A stretch of 64,000 nucleotides of DNA from Nitrospirota bacterium. GTDB taxonomy: Bacteria > Nitrospirota > UBA9217. The translations under genes were made by a program, and so were the position numbers. The notes below the pieces were generated by a model. It did not search any database. It was not told the DNA's origin and saw only the letters and a list, made by a program, of their open reading frames with translations. The DNA lies in assembly GCA_963663225.1 (NCBI GenBank), contig OY760142.1, positions 256,001-320,000 of the forward strand, read 5' to 3'. How positions within the stretch are numbered: position 1 is the first letter of the stretch; each line of letters begins with the position of its first letter. This document shows, in pieces, positions 11,397-21,689 of the stretch.

Positions 11397-12635
11397 TCAG
11401 TTCAGTTTTGCGATATTGCGCCGTACCGTTGCCACTGCCTGAAGCGGAGTTTCGGGAGTGTCGCGCAGTACAAACGCATTTTTTGTTGCCGTCCGGTAAA
11501 ACAGGGACGATGCATCGCGTGCACGGGAAGGCTGAAAAGCCGCATCCGCGGGAACCACAGCGTGTCCCGCTCCTGCTTCATACTCATCAGCGAAAAACGT
11601 AAAATCAGACAAAAACGGCATCAGCGTGCCAAGCTGTTCCATGCGCCCTTGTTTCTCCCCCGGTGTATCGCCGTAAGAAGCGAACGATACCGTCAGGGCC
11701 TTCGCCCCTTCAAGTACCGACGAACTATTATCCTGGCAGTCCAGTGAAAGGACCATAAACTCCTGGGGCCGTGAATACTCCGGCAAATACAGGACATCAG
11801 CTGACATCCCCAGGGGAACTACTTCCTCCAGAAGCCCCACGAACAACATTGGCTTCCGTTGACGCGGCAGCGTGTTGAAAAGAACCGTACCCGCTTCCAG
11901 CATGCCTTTGCCGGTCTCGATCCCTACCGTACCATGAGCAGGGAATGAAATTGACGGCGAACTCTCATTGTACAAAACCTCTCCGCCGTGCTGCAGGACG
12001 ATGCGATATAATTCATCGCCGAATTTTTTGAACCCTCCATCCAGATGAAGCGGCGGAGTGCAGCATAATGTTGTCAGGGTCGCCACGGAAAGGTCTGTTA
12101 CTGGTTTTTGAAAGAAAAAACGGGATTGAATATCAAAAAAAGCGATCAATTCTTTGCTCAGGCCATATCGGGAGAAATAGCCGGCTGAAGAACGGTGGCG
12201 CGAAAGAAAAGCGACAACACGGTTATTGGCCATTTTCTTTGCAAGACCTTCGATGTCCTGGTAGAATCGGGCGACGCGGTCGATCTCCCGGCGAAATTCT
12301 CTCCGTATTTCCTCAAGCGTCTCTGCAGCATTCGCATACACGGTAAGCCGGTGATCCGGAAGCGCCACTTGATAGCAGGGAGAAGGGACCGACACGTTCT
12401 GCTTAATGCCAAGAGAGGCGGAAAGCTCCCGAAACAGCCCTCCCTGCTCGAAGCCGTACGACAAGGCCGGTCCGGTAGAAAAGACAAAACCGTCCTTTTC
12501 AATCACGCCCACGGCATTTCCCAAAGAAGCGCCCTGCTCAATGACAATGGTCTTCTTATTCTGGCTGGACAACAAAGCTGCGGCAGTCAGTCCGCCGAGT
12601 CCGGCGCCGAGTATGGCGACGTCATATTTCTGCAT
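11397..12635 (-). CDS. FAD-dependent oxidoreductase, phytoene desaturase (CrtI)-like
   Basis: N-terminal YDVAILGAGLGGLTAAALL Rossmann motif; GFVFSTGP. Confidence 0.75.
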   Translation of the reverse strand: MQKYDVAILGAGLGGLTAAALLSSQNKKTIVIEQGASLGNAVGVIEKDGFVFSTGPALSYGFEQGGLFRELSASLGIKQNVSVPSPCYQVALPDHRLTVYANAAETLEEIRREFRREIDRVARFYQDIEGLAKKMANNRVVAFLSRHRSSAGYFSRYGLSKELIAFFDIQSRFFFQKPVTDLSVATLTTLCCTPPLHLDGGFKKFGDELYRIVLQHGGEVLYNESSPSISFPAHGTVGIETGKGMLEAGTVLFNTLPRQRKPMLFVGLLEEVVPLGMSADVLYLPEYSRPQEFMVLSLDCQDNSSSVLEGAKALTVSFASYGDTPGEKQGRMEQLGTLMPFLSDFTFFADEYEAGAGHAVVPADAAFQPSRARDASSLFYRTATKNAFVLRDTPETPLQAVATVRRNIAKLN

Positions 12636-12671
12636 ATCGCCTCCAAAGGGTACCAGTCTATTATAAAGGAA

Positions 12672-13679
12672 TCAGGCCAGAAAATCGAGCAGAGAATTGG
12701 AAAGAATTTTTGCTGAAGATTCACGAAGTGCCGTAAGCACCGCTTCACTCTGTTTCAGCTTGGCGGCCGTTTCCGTGCTGTTGTCGTCCATGATCGTTGA
12801 AAGAGAATTTTTCAGGTTCAGATTGTTGTCCGTCAGGATGCTTGTCTGGTCATCAAGCCGGTTCATCCACGCGCCCACGTTCGCCTGTACGTTCGTGATC
12901 TGCTGCAGGGCAGTATCAAAAGGCTTAATCAATGCCTGGACCCTGAGCGTATTGTCACTCGAAATTGCGGAACTAAGCGTGTCCGTCATTTGAATTACGT
13001 TGGAGAAACTGAATGTGTCAAGCACGGTCGTGTCGTCAGTGCCCCGAATTTCCACATTGATTGTGGTTCCCGCCCCTTGCGTATAATGAGCATACTGCCC
13101 GCTGCCCAGTTTGACCACCTCCGGCGAGCTCAGTGTATAACTGAACGCAGTGCTTCCCGGAACATTTACCGGAATGGTCGCCCCTTTGGCTATCTGTACA
13201 TTCATGTTTCCGGCATCGCCCTGATACGCGTAGGTCGAGGAATTATAGGCCTGCAGGTTCGTCCTGTATCCGGAAAAAATATTTCTTCCCCTGAATTCGC
13301 TGTTCGTCAGGCTCAGCAATTGATCACGCAGCTGTGTTGTGGTCTGGACCAGTGTTGATTTGGTCGTGGCATCAAGCTCCCCGTTCTGCGCAGAGACCGC
13401 GTCCGTCTTTACCTCCTGAAGCGCGCTTGAAATGGATCCAAGGATCGTGTTGGCATACGTAAGCTGTGACGAAGCCTCATCAATATTTCTGGAATACTGG
13501 TTGTTTGCGCTGATGCTTACATTATAATCCATCGCACGGGAAAGACCGGAAACATCATCTGAAGGTTTGTTTATTTTTTTGGTGCTCGCAATGCGTTCAT
13601 TGAGCGTCGCATAATCATTCAGATTTTTTTCGAGCGACTTCGTAAGCTTATTTAAAACCATGAAGGGGGTTATTCTCAT
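12672..13679 (-). CDS. flgL: Flagellar hook-filament junction protein FlgL
   Basis: MRIT start, KKINKPSDD, IFSGYRT, C-terminal SLLDFL; lies directly after flgK. Confidence 0.95.
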   Translation of the reverse strand: MRITPFMVLNKLTKSLEKNLNDYATLNERIASTKKINKPSDDVSGLSRAMDYNVSISANNQYSRNIDEASSQLTYANTILGSISSALQEVKTDAVSAQNGELDATTKSTLVQTTTQLRDQLLSLTNSEFRGRNIFSGYRTNLQAYNSSTYAYQGDAGNMNVQIAKGATIPVNVPGSTAFSYTLSSPEVVKLGSGQYAHYTQGAGTTINVEIRGTDDTTVLDTFSFSNVIQMTDTLSSAISSDNTLRVQALIKPFDTALQQITNVQANVGAWMNRLDDQTSILTDNNLNLKNSLSTIMDDNSTETAAKLKQSEAVLTALRESSAKILSNSLLDFLA

Positions 13680-15292
13680 AGATTAATCACCGTTTGCAGG
13701 AGCTCGTCGGTTATCTGTATCAATTTTGCTCCGGCCTCGTACGCCCGCTGATACTTGATAAGGTTCGCGGCTTCTTCATCAAGAGAAACCCCGGACACCG
13801 AGTCGCGCTGGTTCGTAATCTCCGTGAGAAGATTCTGTTCAAACGTGCTGGCGTCTGAAGCGGCCTGGCTCAAGGAACCGATTCCGGAGACAATCCCTGC
13901 GTAATACTCGGAAAACGTATTGCTGCTGAGATCGGATATCGAAGCGCCGGACGCCTGTGCAATCTGAAGCGCAATCGTGTTGTCCCCCGGCAGTCCTGTT
14001 GTAGAAGAAGCAGCCGCGATTTCGTTCGTGTCGGTAATTGCAACACCAAAATTCTTGATCGCATCGGTCAACGGGCTGACGCCGAACGTATCCGTATCAG
14101 TAACCGCTCCCGTAATCGTGACCTGGATTCCGTCAACGTTGATGGCGTTGCCGGAAACATAAGCCCCGGTTGCTGCAACAGACCCTGTTTGTTTGTCCGT
14201 TACCGTATAATTCCCTCCGGAAAAGCTGATGGTATATTCATTCAGATTCACCTGCGTTAAATCCGTGATGGATGCAGTTATAGCCGCGCCGGCAGAATAG
14301 TTTGTCGTGGATACCTGCAGGGAATTGAAAAAATCAATCCCATGGGATGAATCAAGACCGTATCCCGACTCATGCAGGAGATTGATTTCTTTTGTTACCG
14401 AGGCAACGAGCTTTCTCAGCCCGTACAACGACGTTGAGGTGACTTCACTGTTGGCGGTAAGCAGGCCTCCGATTTCGCCTCCGGTGACCATCGAGGTAAT
14501 ATTGGTATTATCAATGGTCAGCTGCTTATTTCCATCCTGATCCAGCGAGGAGGAAAGCGCGTTTGTTGATGTCCCTGCAACGAGATTTTTCATCCCAATG
14601 GTCACCGTCAACGCACCGTTCTGATCTTCATAGGAAGCATTGCTGACGAGGCTCGAAAGCTGATTCATAAGCTGGTTCCGGCTGTCCCGGAGATCGTTTG
14701 CCCGCACGCCGGTGTTGCCCGCTTCCTCCGCTACGATTTTGCCGTTCAATGCGGCGATTTGCGATGCAATCGAATTGATCTGCTTGACGGCGTCGTCAAC
14801 ACCCACGGTTGTCTGTTTGAGTATTTGCAGGGTGCTGCTCTCCATGGTCTGGGCGGCGGAAACAAGAACACCCGCTTTCTGGAGCAGTACTGAGCGTGCG
14901 GCCTGGGACGTTGGGTCCGAAGCAACATCATTCCAGGCATCAAAATAGTCTGAAAGCGGTGTCGAAAGACCAATGCTTTGCGATTCATTGAATATTTGCT
15001 CAACTTGGCTCAGCATCTGGCTGAGGGTGTCAGAGCGGCCCACATTCTGCTCCTGTAGCAGCAGCTGTGCCTGGATAAACTTGTCTGAAGAGCTTTGAAT
15101 GCCCTGAACGGTCACGCCCATCCCCATGTAGTTGTTCCCCATCGTGACGGGCGTCGAGATGGCAAGAACCACGGACTGCCTGCTGTAGCCGGGCGTGTTT
15201 GCGTTCGCAATATTATTGCTGGTCACGCTCAGTCCGGCCTGGCTGGCATTCAGGGCAGAAGTTCCGATATTGAGCAACCCGTACAGAGACAA
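13676..15292 (-). CDS. flgK: Flagellar hook-associated protein FlgK
   Basis: NNIANANTPGYSRQ and SVSGVSLDEEAANLIKYQRAY motifs. Confidence 0.97.
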   Translation of the reverse strand: MSLYGLLNIGTSALNASQAGLSVTSNNIANANTPGYSRQSVVLAISTPVTMGNNYMGMGVTVQGIQSSSDKFIQAQLLLQEQNVGRSDTLSQMLSQVEQIFNESQSIGLSTPLSDYFDAWNDVASDPTSQAARSVLLQKAGVLVSAAQTMESSTLQILKQTTVGVDDAVKQINSIASQIAALNGKIVAEEAGNTGVRANDLRDSRNQLMNQLSSLVSNASYEDQNGALTVTIGMKNLVAGTSTNALSSSLDQDGNKQLTIDNTNITSMVTGGEIGGLLTANSEVTSTSLYGLRKLVASVTKEINLLHESGYGLDSSHGIDFFNSLQVSTTNYSAGAAITASITDLTQVNLNEYTISFSGGNYTVTDKQTGSVAATGAYVSGNAINVDGIQVTITGAVTDTDTFGVSPLTDAIKNFGVAITDTNEIAAASSTTGLPGDNTIALQIAQASGASISDLSSNTFSEYYAGIVSGIGSLSQAASDASTFEQNLLTEITNQRDSVSGVSLDEEAANLIKYQRAYEAGAKLIQITDELLQTVINL

Positions 15293-15748
15293 TCAAGCCT
15301 CCCGTGACAAAACCGCGCCGGTCTTTTTCCTGTCGGCAGTCATGCGAAAAGAATCGAGAAAAACAAGATTTCTCCGCACAAAATTGACCGAGCGTTCTAT
15401 CAGAATTTTATTGAATTCGTTAAACTCCGATATGGCCTGTATGAGCGAGAGCATCTGCGACCGTAATGTTGCATAGTCAGCGTCACCCGTCGCTATGTGA
15501 AGCTTCTTCAGCGTCATTTCTTCAGTGATCCCCTGTTCGCGGGCAAATGCCTGCACCAGGCGTATCCGCTCTTCCTCCAGCAACCGGAGCTTGAGCATAA
15601 TGGTGTCTTTGCCTTTCGCAAGCGTCTCAACGCCTTCAGGATTGAAATGGACAAGACATTCACGCTCCCGTTGAAGCACTTCGAGAAGCGTGCGGTACGT
15701 TTCGATTTGCTCTCCGAGAATTTTTTTTATACGATCAGCTGTATTCAT
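15293..15748 (-). CDS. flgN: Flagellar export chaperone FlgN
   Basis: Helical 151-aa protein between flgM and flgK; N..N..LI motif. Confidence 0.85.
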   Translation of the reverse strand: MNTADRIKKILGEQIETYRTLLEVLQRERECLVHFNPEGVETLAKGKDTIMLKLRLLEEERIRLVQAFAREQGITEEMTLKKLHIATGDADYATLRSQMLSLIQAISEFNEFNKILIERSVNFVRRNLVFLDSFRMTADRKKTGAVLSREA

Positions 15749-16044
15749 ATCTCTTTCAGCATTTTATCCGCTATTTTGTTGGGATCAATCGTATAGGTAC
15801 CTGCTTCCAACGAACTCCGGATCGCATTCACTTTATCGTCACGAACTTCCGGCATCTGGTTGATGACCGACATGAGATCAGCCACTTCCTTGCCGGTATT
15901 CGAAATTTCCACCCGGTCGACCTGCGATTTGGGCTGGTTCTGAACGGTTTTTTCTTTGGAGTCAGTTTTTTCTATATTTTTCGGTATGTTCTGGGCTATC
16001 CGATTCAGTTCTTGTCCATCCGGACCATTGCTCGATATTTTCAT
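15745..16044 (-). CDS. flgM: Anti-sigma28 factor FlgM
   Basis: DRVEIS, PEVRDDKV..IR..LE.GTY.ID...IADKM motifs. Confidence 0.93.
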   Translation of the reverse strand: MKISSNGPDGQELNRIAQNIPKNIEKTDSKEKTVQNQPKSQVDRVEISNTGKEVADLMSVINQMPEVRDDKVNAIRSSLEAGTYTIDPNKIADKMLKEI

Positions 16045-16063
16045 GGAGTCCTCCTCTGCGTGT

Positions 16064-16885
16064 TCATGCTTCAGCTTCTGCCGTACTTATCGGCACATCC
16101 TTCTGAATCTTTAAATTTTTTCCCCCAAGAACGAGCACCGGATTAACGTCTGCGCCATTGTAAATAACCTCAAAATGCGTATGAGAACCTGTTGATTTTC
16201 CTGTGTTTCCGACCTTCGCAATTACGGTATTGCTGGTGACTGTCTCCCCTTCCTGGACCAGATTGGTTTTGTTGTGAGCATATTTTGTCACAAAACCGTC
16301 TCCGTGGTCAACGATTACAACATTACCATATCCCGTCTGCGTCCCGCTGAAAACCACCTTCCCTTGTTTGAGGGGATGTATATCACTGCCTTCGGGTGCC
16401 GCAACATCAAGCCCGTGATGAAACCTGTACGCCCCGGTAAACGGATCGGATCTCTGGCCGAAACCGGAGCTTATTTTGCCTCCCTGTACCGGAAGAGCCC
16501 CCTGGAGCGTGTTTGTATCCGTTTCTGAAAAATCTTTCGTGTTTTCCCCGCTGCCCGATATGGCTGTTTCATCACTGTCCTCGGAAGAACCTCCCGCTTT
16601 TCTCGCAATATCCTTCATCAGCATATCCTGCAGTCCGAGCCCCCGTTTTGCAATCAGCTTCGAAAGCTCCATATCAAACATGCTTGTGTAGGTGCTGGCG
16701 CCCAGCCCTTTTTCAGATGAACTATTCGAGGCTGCCCGCATGGCCTTTAAAAGCTCGTTCGCGAACATTGCCTCCATTTCCTGTGCAACTGCCTTGATCG
16801 CTTCGGAATCAGTCCTGCCGCGGTATTGCTCGATCGAAGCGGTTGAAGCAGTGCTTGTTTCCATCGGATAATCGGGAATCTGCAT
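16064..16885 (-). CDS. flgJ: FlgJ rod-binding domain fused to an M23 peptidase
   Basis: N-terminal AQEMEAMF..ELLKAMR and GLGL; C-terminal HHGLD and HTHFE M23 motifs; follows flgI. Confidence 0.85.
   Translation of the reverse strand: MQIPDYPMETSTASTASIEQYRGRTDSEAIKAVAQEMEAMFANELLKAMRAASNSSSEKGLGASTYTSMFDMELSKLIAKRGLGLQDMLMKDIARKAGGSSEDSDETAISGSGENTKDFSETDTNTLQGALPVQGGKISSGFGQRSDPFTGAYRFHHGLDVAAPEGSDIHPLKQGKVVFSGTQTGYGNVVIVDHGDGFVTKYAHNKTNLVQEGETVTSNTVIAKVGNTGKSTGSHTHFEVIYNGADVNPVLVLGGKNLKIQKDVPISTAEAEA
16087..16113 (-). promoter_or_regulatory. Sigma28 (FliA) promoter for flgM-flgN-flgK-flgL, inside the 3' end of flgJ
   Basis: Minus strand reads TAAA-GATTCAGAAGGATGT(15)-GCCGATAA, a perfect consensus match. 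Confidence 0.88.
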
Positions 16886-18045
16886 CAGATTATCTCCAGT
16901 TCCGCTCTCAATGCGCCCGATGCTTTCAGCGCCTGCAGGATGGAAATAAGATCACGCGGCGTGACGCCAAGCGCATTCAGACCCCTGACAATCTCGCTGA
17001 GTGTTACACCCGATACTTCCATAAGCGATGCCTTCTGCTCTTTGACCGACACCTCTTTCTGCGGCACCACCACGGTCTCCGCTCCCTTGGGCGCAAACGG
17101 CGGAGGTTGAGAGACCTGTAATTCCGTCTTTATTTCCACGGTAAGACTGCCGTGGGAAATCGCGACCGGAGCGATCTTCACGGTGTCACCGACCACAACA
17201 GTTCCGGTCCTTTCATTTATTATCACCCGTGCAGGCGAGTCAACAGCCACATCGAGGACTTCAATGGCCGCGATCAGCTCCACAACTTTATCTTTATAGG
17301 AAGGAGGAATCTTGATCTTCACCGTTGCCGGATCTGCGGTCACCGCAGATTCTGAAGCTAACGCCTCATTAATTTTTCGCGTTACCAGAGAAGCGGTGCT
17401 GAAATCGGGCCGACTCAAAAACAGGCGAATTTCATTGCCGTCGCCCAGGGTGAATTGCGGTTCGTTTTCAACAATGGCTCCTCCGGGAACGTTCCCCGTT
17501 GTGAGATGGTTTTTTTGCGTGCTCGTTCCTCCGCCGCCTCCGATAAAACCTCCGATGGAGACGGGACCCTGGGCAAGGGCATAGACCTTGCCATCAGGGC
17601 CTTTGAGGGGGGACAAGAGCAAAGTGCCGCCCTGGAGGCTTTTCGCGTCTCCGAGAGCGGACACCAGGGCATCTATTTTGATGCCCGGTTTAGGAAACGG
17701 CGGAAGCGATGCGGTAACCACAACAGCCGCCACGTCTTTTGTTTTAATATTGTTCGGATCCACGGTAAGTCCCATTCGCTGAAGAATGTTTGCAATCCCT
17801 TGCGCGGTGGCGAGACCGGTGTCGCCTGTTCCCGGAAGGCCCATTACCAGCCCGTAACCCACCAGTTGGTTGGATCGCACTCCTTCAAAGGTCGCGATAT
17901 TCTTAATACGGTCCGCCGACGCCTGAACAGGAAACAAAACGACCGCGGCAACAATGCAGATGAGCGCGAGCAAGAGCGTTCCTTTTCGCCGTTGATCCGA
18001 CAAGCCTGTTATGTTAAAAAAAGAATGATTACTGATATTCATCAT
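16885..18045 (-). CDS. flgI: Flagellar P-ring protein FlgI
   Basis: RIKNIA..GVRSNQLVGYGLV.GL.GTGD and ILQALK.SGAL.AEL. Start codon choice is approximate. Confidence 0.96.
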   Translation of the reverse strand: MMNISNHSFFNITGLSDQRRKGTLLLALICIVAAVVLFPVQASADRIKNIATFEGVRSNQLVGYGLVMGLPGTGDTGLATAQGIANILQRMGLTVDPNNIKTKDVAAVVVTASLPPFPKPGIKIDALVSALGDAKSLQGGTLLLSPLKGPDGKVYALAQGPVSIGGFIGGGGGTSTQKNHLTTGNVPGGAIVENEPQFTLGDGNEIRLFLSRPDFSTASLVTRKINEALASESAVTADPATVKIKIPPSYKDKVVELIAAIEVLDVAVDSPARVIINERTGTVVVGDTVKIAPVAISHGSLTVEIKTELQVSQPPPFAPKGAETVVVPQKEVSVKEQKASLMEVSGVTLSEIVRGLNALGVTPRDLISILQALKASGALRAELEII

Positions 18046-18056
18046 GCATGATTTCC

Positions 18057-18794
18057 CTAGAACGGCCATACATTATCCATGATTCTTACAAACCAACCCG
18101 GCTTCTGCTTGTCCTGAACAATGCCGTCGCCGACAAAATATACTTCCGCATCTGCGATCTTGCTGCTCAGCACGGAATTGTCCATGGCAATATCATCGGG
18201 TCTCACCATTCCCCGAAGTATTAAAATCTGCTTTTCGTTATTGATCGTTATTTCTTTTCTCGATTGCAGGACAAGGTTTCCATTCGGCATGACCTCCACA
18301 ACCTTGGCAGTTATGGTCCCCACCAGCGTTCCAGCCCGTGTTGTATTGCCGTTTCCTGCGAACTCAGTTGCCGCATGACCGCTCGCTGCAGGGATGAAGG
18401 CGTTGCCGCCGCCCCACAGGTTCTTCAGGCCGAAGTTCAGCGGGCTGCCGAAAATGCTGTCTACCCCGACGTCCAACGTTGACGATCCTTTTGTCGCAGT
18501 AACCGCGGTTCCTGATCCTGAAATGCTTTCCGCAACCTTGATGGTCACCAAATCATTCAGCCTTCTTGCCTGAACGTTTTCGTACAGGCCCGCGCGGTCG
18601 GTCCATAAAGAATTGGCAGAAGGACGATGCGCTTTCTCCTGCTGATACACGTATTTTTCAGACGGAGGAGGAAGCTTGGGTGAGAAACAACCCGACAAAA
18701 GTACAGCAAGACTGAACGCGATAACCGTAAACCGCGCCGGACCGGTAAACAATGCCCCTTCTAAAAGCTGTTTTCTATTTTCGAAATTTTTCAT
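18057..18794 (-). CDS. flgH: Flagellar L-ring lipoprotein FlgH
   Basis: Lipobox LSGC; NGNLV, G.VRPDDI and C-terminal PGW...WPF. Confidence 0.95.
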   Translation of the reverse strand: MKNFENRKQLLEGALFTGPARFTVIAFSLAVLLSGCFSPKLPPPSEKYVYQQEKAHRPSANSLWTDRAGLYENVQARRLNDLVTIKVAESISGSGTAVTATKGSSTLDVGVDSIFGSPLNFGLKNLWGGGNAFIPAASGHAATEFAGNGNTTRAGTLVGTITAKVVEVMPNGNLVLQSRKEITINNEKQILILRGMVRPDDIAMDNSVLSSKIADAEVYFVGDGIVQDKQKPGWFVRIMDNVWPF

Positions 18795-18796
18795 AC

Positions 18797-19453
18797 TTAT
18801 AAACCCACCCTAACCGTGCGTTCATCCAGAAGCAGTCCGGTCGTGACTTTATGCGATACGGCATTCAGAACCCTGACGTAGTTCCCCACCTGAGCATTCT
18901 GCTGCAGTTCTCCTGCCGCTCTGATGGTGAATCCCGGAGCTTCGACGACAAGCTGCACTTTCTGGCCTTTTTTCACCTCGGGCGAGTTGGACACCATAAT
19001 ATCCGTTACGACTACGTTTGCGCCAACCCCGCGGGAAAGGCCTTTTCCCACGACATCATCTTCGTTTCGCACCGCGCCTTTTGGTATCCTGGCCGTGTCC
19101 ACTAATGTTGTGTATACGTCTCCCTTCTGAAGAAGCGTGGCCTTGCCGAGTGCCCTGCGGGTCACGACAACGGAATCGAAAGCCTTCACCATGGCGCTCG
19201 CGATGATCTTTTTGCCGCCAGCGTATTTCAGGGTAAAAATTGTCCTGCCTGGGGGCCCCTGCTCGACGACAATCGTCTCCGGGTTGCCGGCCGGCAGTTC
19301 CATATTGCTCCGTAGGTCATCAACTTGCATCTCGGCCCAGGGATAATGGTCCTTGAGATGTGTTTTTAGCATATTCTCAAGCCGTCCTTCGCCTGCGTCA
19401 GCGGACGCGACCAGTACTAGAAATGCAGCGATTATGAAAAAAAGTTTTTTCAT
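18797..19453 (-). CDS. flgA: P-ring formation chaperone FlgA
   Basis: Signal peptide, SAF-like VVVTRRAL, VKKGQKV, VRVLN..S; lies between flgG and flgH. Confidence 0.9.
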   Translation of the reverse strand: MKKLFFIIAAFLVLVASADAGEGRLENMLKTHLKDHYPWAEMQVDDLRSNMELPAGNPETIVVEQGPPGRTIFTLKYAGGKKIIASAMVKAFDSVVVTRRALGKATLLQKGDVYTTLVDTARIPKGAVRNEDDVVGKGLSRGVGANVVVTDIMVSNSPEVKKGQKVQLVVEAPGFTIRAAGELQQNAQVGNYVRVLNAVSHKVTTGLLLDERTVRVGL

Positions 19454-19465
19454 GTTTTTGCACGA

Positions 19466-20254
19466 TTATTTCTTCAGGCTGTTCGTCACTTGCAGCATTT
19501 CATCCGAGGCCGAGACAGCTTTTGAATTCATTTCGTACGCCCGCTGGCTGATGATCATGTTTACCATCTCTTCTACCACATTGACGTTGCTCAGTTCCGT
19601 ATATCCCTGGTTTATGGTGCCGAACCCGTCAGTTCCGGGAGTCCCCGTCGCCGCATCGCCGGATGCGGCCGTGGGAGCAAATAAATTTTTCCCGAGCGCA
19701 CTGAGTCCTCCCGGGTTAATAAAACGAGCAAGCTGTATCTGGCCGACCTCGGTAGGCGTGGTGCTGCCCGGCTGGGTAACCGTGATTTTACCGTCAGAAC
19801 CTATCGTTATATTGGTCGCATTTGTCGGAATTGTAATTCCCGGTTCAAGGGCATATCCGTCTGAATTTACAATTTTTCCCGTGCTGTCAAGCTTAAAGGT
19901 GCCGGCCCTTGTATACCCGAGCGTTCCATCAGGCATCGTAATCTGGAAAAAACCGTTCCCTTCGATTACCATGTCGAGTGAGTTGCCTGTGCTGACGAAA
20001 TCCCCTTGGTTGAAAATCTTTGTCACGGCAACAGGTTTGACCCCCAATCCTACCTGAATACCGGATGGAATCTGCAGACTCTCCGCGGATGTGGCGCCCG
20101 GGGCGCGTACTGTCTGATAGATGAGGTCCTGAAAATCAGCCCTGCTCTTTTTAAATCCCGTGGTATTTACGTTGGCAAGATTGTTTGAAATGACATCTAC
20201 GTTCAGTTTCTGGGCCTCCATGCCCGTTGCCGCGATAAACAATGATCGTAACAT
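19466..20254 (-). CDS. flgG: Flagellar distal rod protein FlgG
   Basis: [22 protein letters not shown] and [16 protein letters not shown] motifs. Confidence 0.97.
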   Translation of the reverse strand: MLRSLFIAATGMEAQKLNVDVISNNLANVNTTGFKKSRADFQDLIYQTVRAPGATSAESLQIPSGIQVGLGVKPVAVTKIFNQGDFVSTGNSLDMVIEGNGFFQITMPDGTLGYTRAGTFKLDSTGKIVNSDGYALEPGITIPTNATNITIGSDGKITVTQPGSTTPTEVGQIQLARFINPGGLSALGKNLFAPTAASGDAATGTPGTDGFGTINQGYTELSNVNVVEEMVNMIISQRAYEMNSKAVSASDEMLQVTNSLKK

Positions 20255-20255
20255 G

Positions 20256-20963
20256 CTATAGCCTCCCTATCTCGTTCGTAACCTTTGATGTCGCATCATC
20301 AAACGTCTGGATCGCCTTTTGGTACGTTTCAAATTCGCGGAGAGTCTCGATCATGCGAACCATCTCCTTGACGGGTTCCACGTTTGATGCTTCCACATAG
20401 CCTTGCCGTACGCTCGCCTGGGATGCCACGGCTTTTTCATTTGTCGCAAAAATACTGTCTCCTGCCTTTGTCAAACTGTCCGTTTTTTTGAAGTCCACAA
20501 TTTTAATGGTATCTACCTGATCTCCGTTTATGCTGATTTCTCCCTTTTCGCTGATGTCAAGTTTTCCTTCCGGCAATTTTATCGGGCCTTTTTTCCCAAG
20601 CACTTTAGTGCCGTTGAATGCGGTAAGATAGCCATCAGCGCTTCTTTTGAGATCTCCTCGTCTGGTATACCGGTCCCCTTCGAGCGCAATGAAACCGGTA
20701 CCTTCCAGCGCAACATCAAATGGATTTACCGTCTTGATAACGGCACCGTTCGTAAAATCAGTTTTATACTCAGAAAGGGATGTCATCGCCCTGCCATCGG
20801 GACCGGGTCCTGCCGCTTCCAGGGGCATAAGATATTCTTTGAAGGAAACGTTGTCCTTCTTAAATCCCGCCGTATTGGCATTTGCTAAATTCTGTGAAAG
20901 CACTTCAAGCTGCGTCTGCTTGAGTACCGCTCCCGATGTCGCTATGTAGATACCTTTATACAT
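20256..20963 (-). CDS. flgF: Flagellar proximal rod protein FlgF
   Basis: [11 protein letters not shown] and [16 protein letters not shown] motifs; precedes flgG. Confidence 0.93.
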   Translation of the reverse strand: MYKGIYIATSGAVLKQTQLEVLSQNLANANTAGFKKDNVSFKEYLMPLEAAGPGPDGRAMTSLSEYKTDFTNGAVIKTVNPFDVALEGTGFIALEGDRYTRRGDLKRSADGYLTAFNGTKVLGKKGPIKLPEGKLDISEKGEISINGDQVDTIKIVDFKKTDSLTKAGDSIFATNEKAVASQASVRQGYVEASNVEPVKEMVRMIETLREFETYQKAIQTFDDATSKVTNEIGRL

Positions 20964-20978
20964 TTCATCTCCCTATCA

Positions 20979-20994
20979 AGCAAATCACGTGCCA
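20979..20994 (-). promoter_or_regulatory. Sigma54 -24/-12 promoter of the flgF operon
   Basis: Minus strand reads TGGCACGTGATTTGCT. Confidence 0.85.
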
Positions 20995-21100
20995 TGTATT
21001 TGCGCAGCGCACGCGTGCGATAAATCGCAGTAAAACCGCTGGAATAGAACACGCATATGTCTAACGTACATTTTCTTCAATGCGGCATTCACGTTTTATC

Positions 21101-21133
21101 CGGCAAATTTTTCCTTTCTGGCAATATTTGCCG
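21101..21133. promoter_or_regulatory. Putative enhancer sites for a sigma54 activator
   Basis: CGGCAAATTTTTCC (21101-21114) and the palindrome GGCAA-TAT-TTGCC (21120-21132), 110-140 bp upstream of the flgF sigma54 site. Confidence 0.5.
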
Positions 21134-21138
21134 CTCTT

Positions 21139-21519
21139 CTACTGTTGAAGCCCAAGGATTAATTCCACTTCTCCCACGGGGATATGCAGCGTACCGGCAA
21201 TCTCACTTGCCTTCAGACCCCGCTGCTTCAAAATCATGACCTCCTGCTGGCGGGTCATGACGGCCGGCGGGGCTTTTAACGATGGTTTTGCCGGGGCAAC
21301 GGCGGTCCTGCCCTGCACCTGCACCTGTTCGGCTCGCTGGATGAGTTGCGAAAGGGAAGCGATTTTTCTATCCACCGACGCTTCCATTTCGTTCAGCATC
21401 ACGATTTTATTTTCGATTCTTCTAAAAATGATATCGGAGATTTCGCGAATCTCTGCAACTTCAAGCGATAAGCGGTTCATTTCTTTCTCCACGATGTTCT
21501 TCTCTTTTACGGCTATCAT
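21139..21519 (-). CDS. Hypothetical coiled-coil protein with C-terminal HTH-like motif (DUF2802/DUF6115-like)
   Basis: C-terminal GLKASEIAGTLHIPVGEVELILGL. Confidence 0.7.
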   Translation of the reverse strand: MIAVKEKNIVEKEMNRLSLEVAEIREISDIIFRRIENKIVMLNEMEASVDRKIASLSQLIQRAEQVQVQGRTAVAPAKPSLKAPPAVMTRQQEVMILKQRGLKASEIAGTLHIPVGEVELILGLQQ

Positions 21520-21537
21520 AGCTGCTACCCTGTCCTG

Positions 21538-21681
21538 TCAGATTTTTATATCTATTTTCCCCGGCACTTTCTCCGGTTCCTTTTTCTGCTGTTTTGTTTT
21601 TTTCCTCGGCATTGCAGTTGAATGCTCTTCCTTTTTGATAATGGGTGTTTCATACACGTTTTTTGCAGGTTCTATCGGCAT
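21538..21681 (-). CDS. Small basic protein, 47 aa (absent from the ORF track)
   Basis: GGAGG Shine-Dalgarno, then MPIEPAKNVYETPIIKKEEHSTAMPRKKTKQQKKEPEKVPGKIDIKI; fills the gap between co-oriented genes. Confidence 0.65.
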   Translation of the reverse strand: MPIEPAKNVYETPIIKKEEHSTAMPRKKTKQQKKEPEKVPGKIDIKI

Positions 21682-21689
21682 ATGACCTC

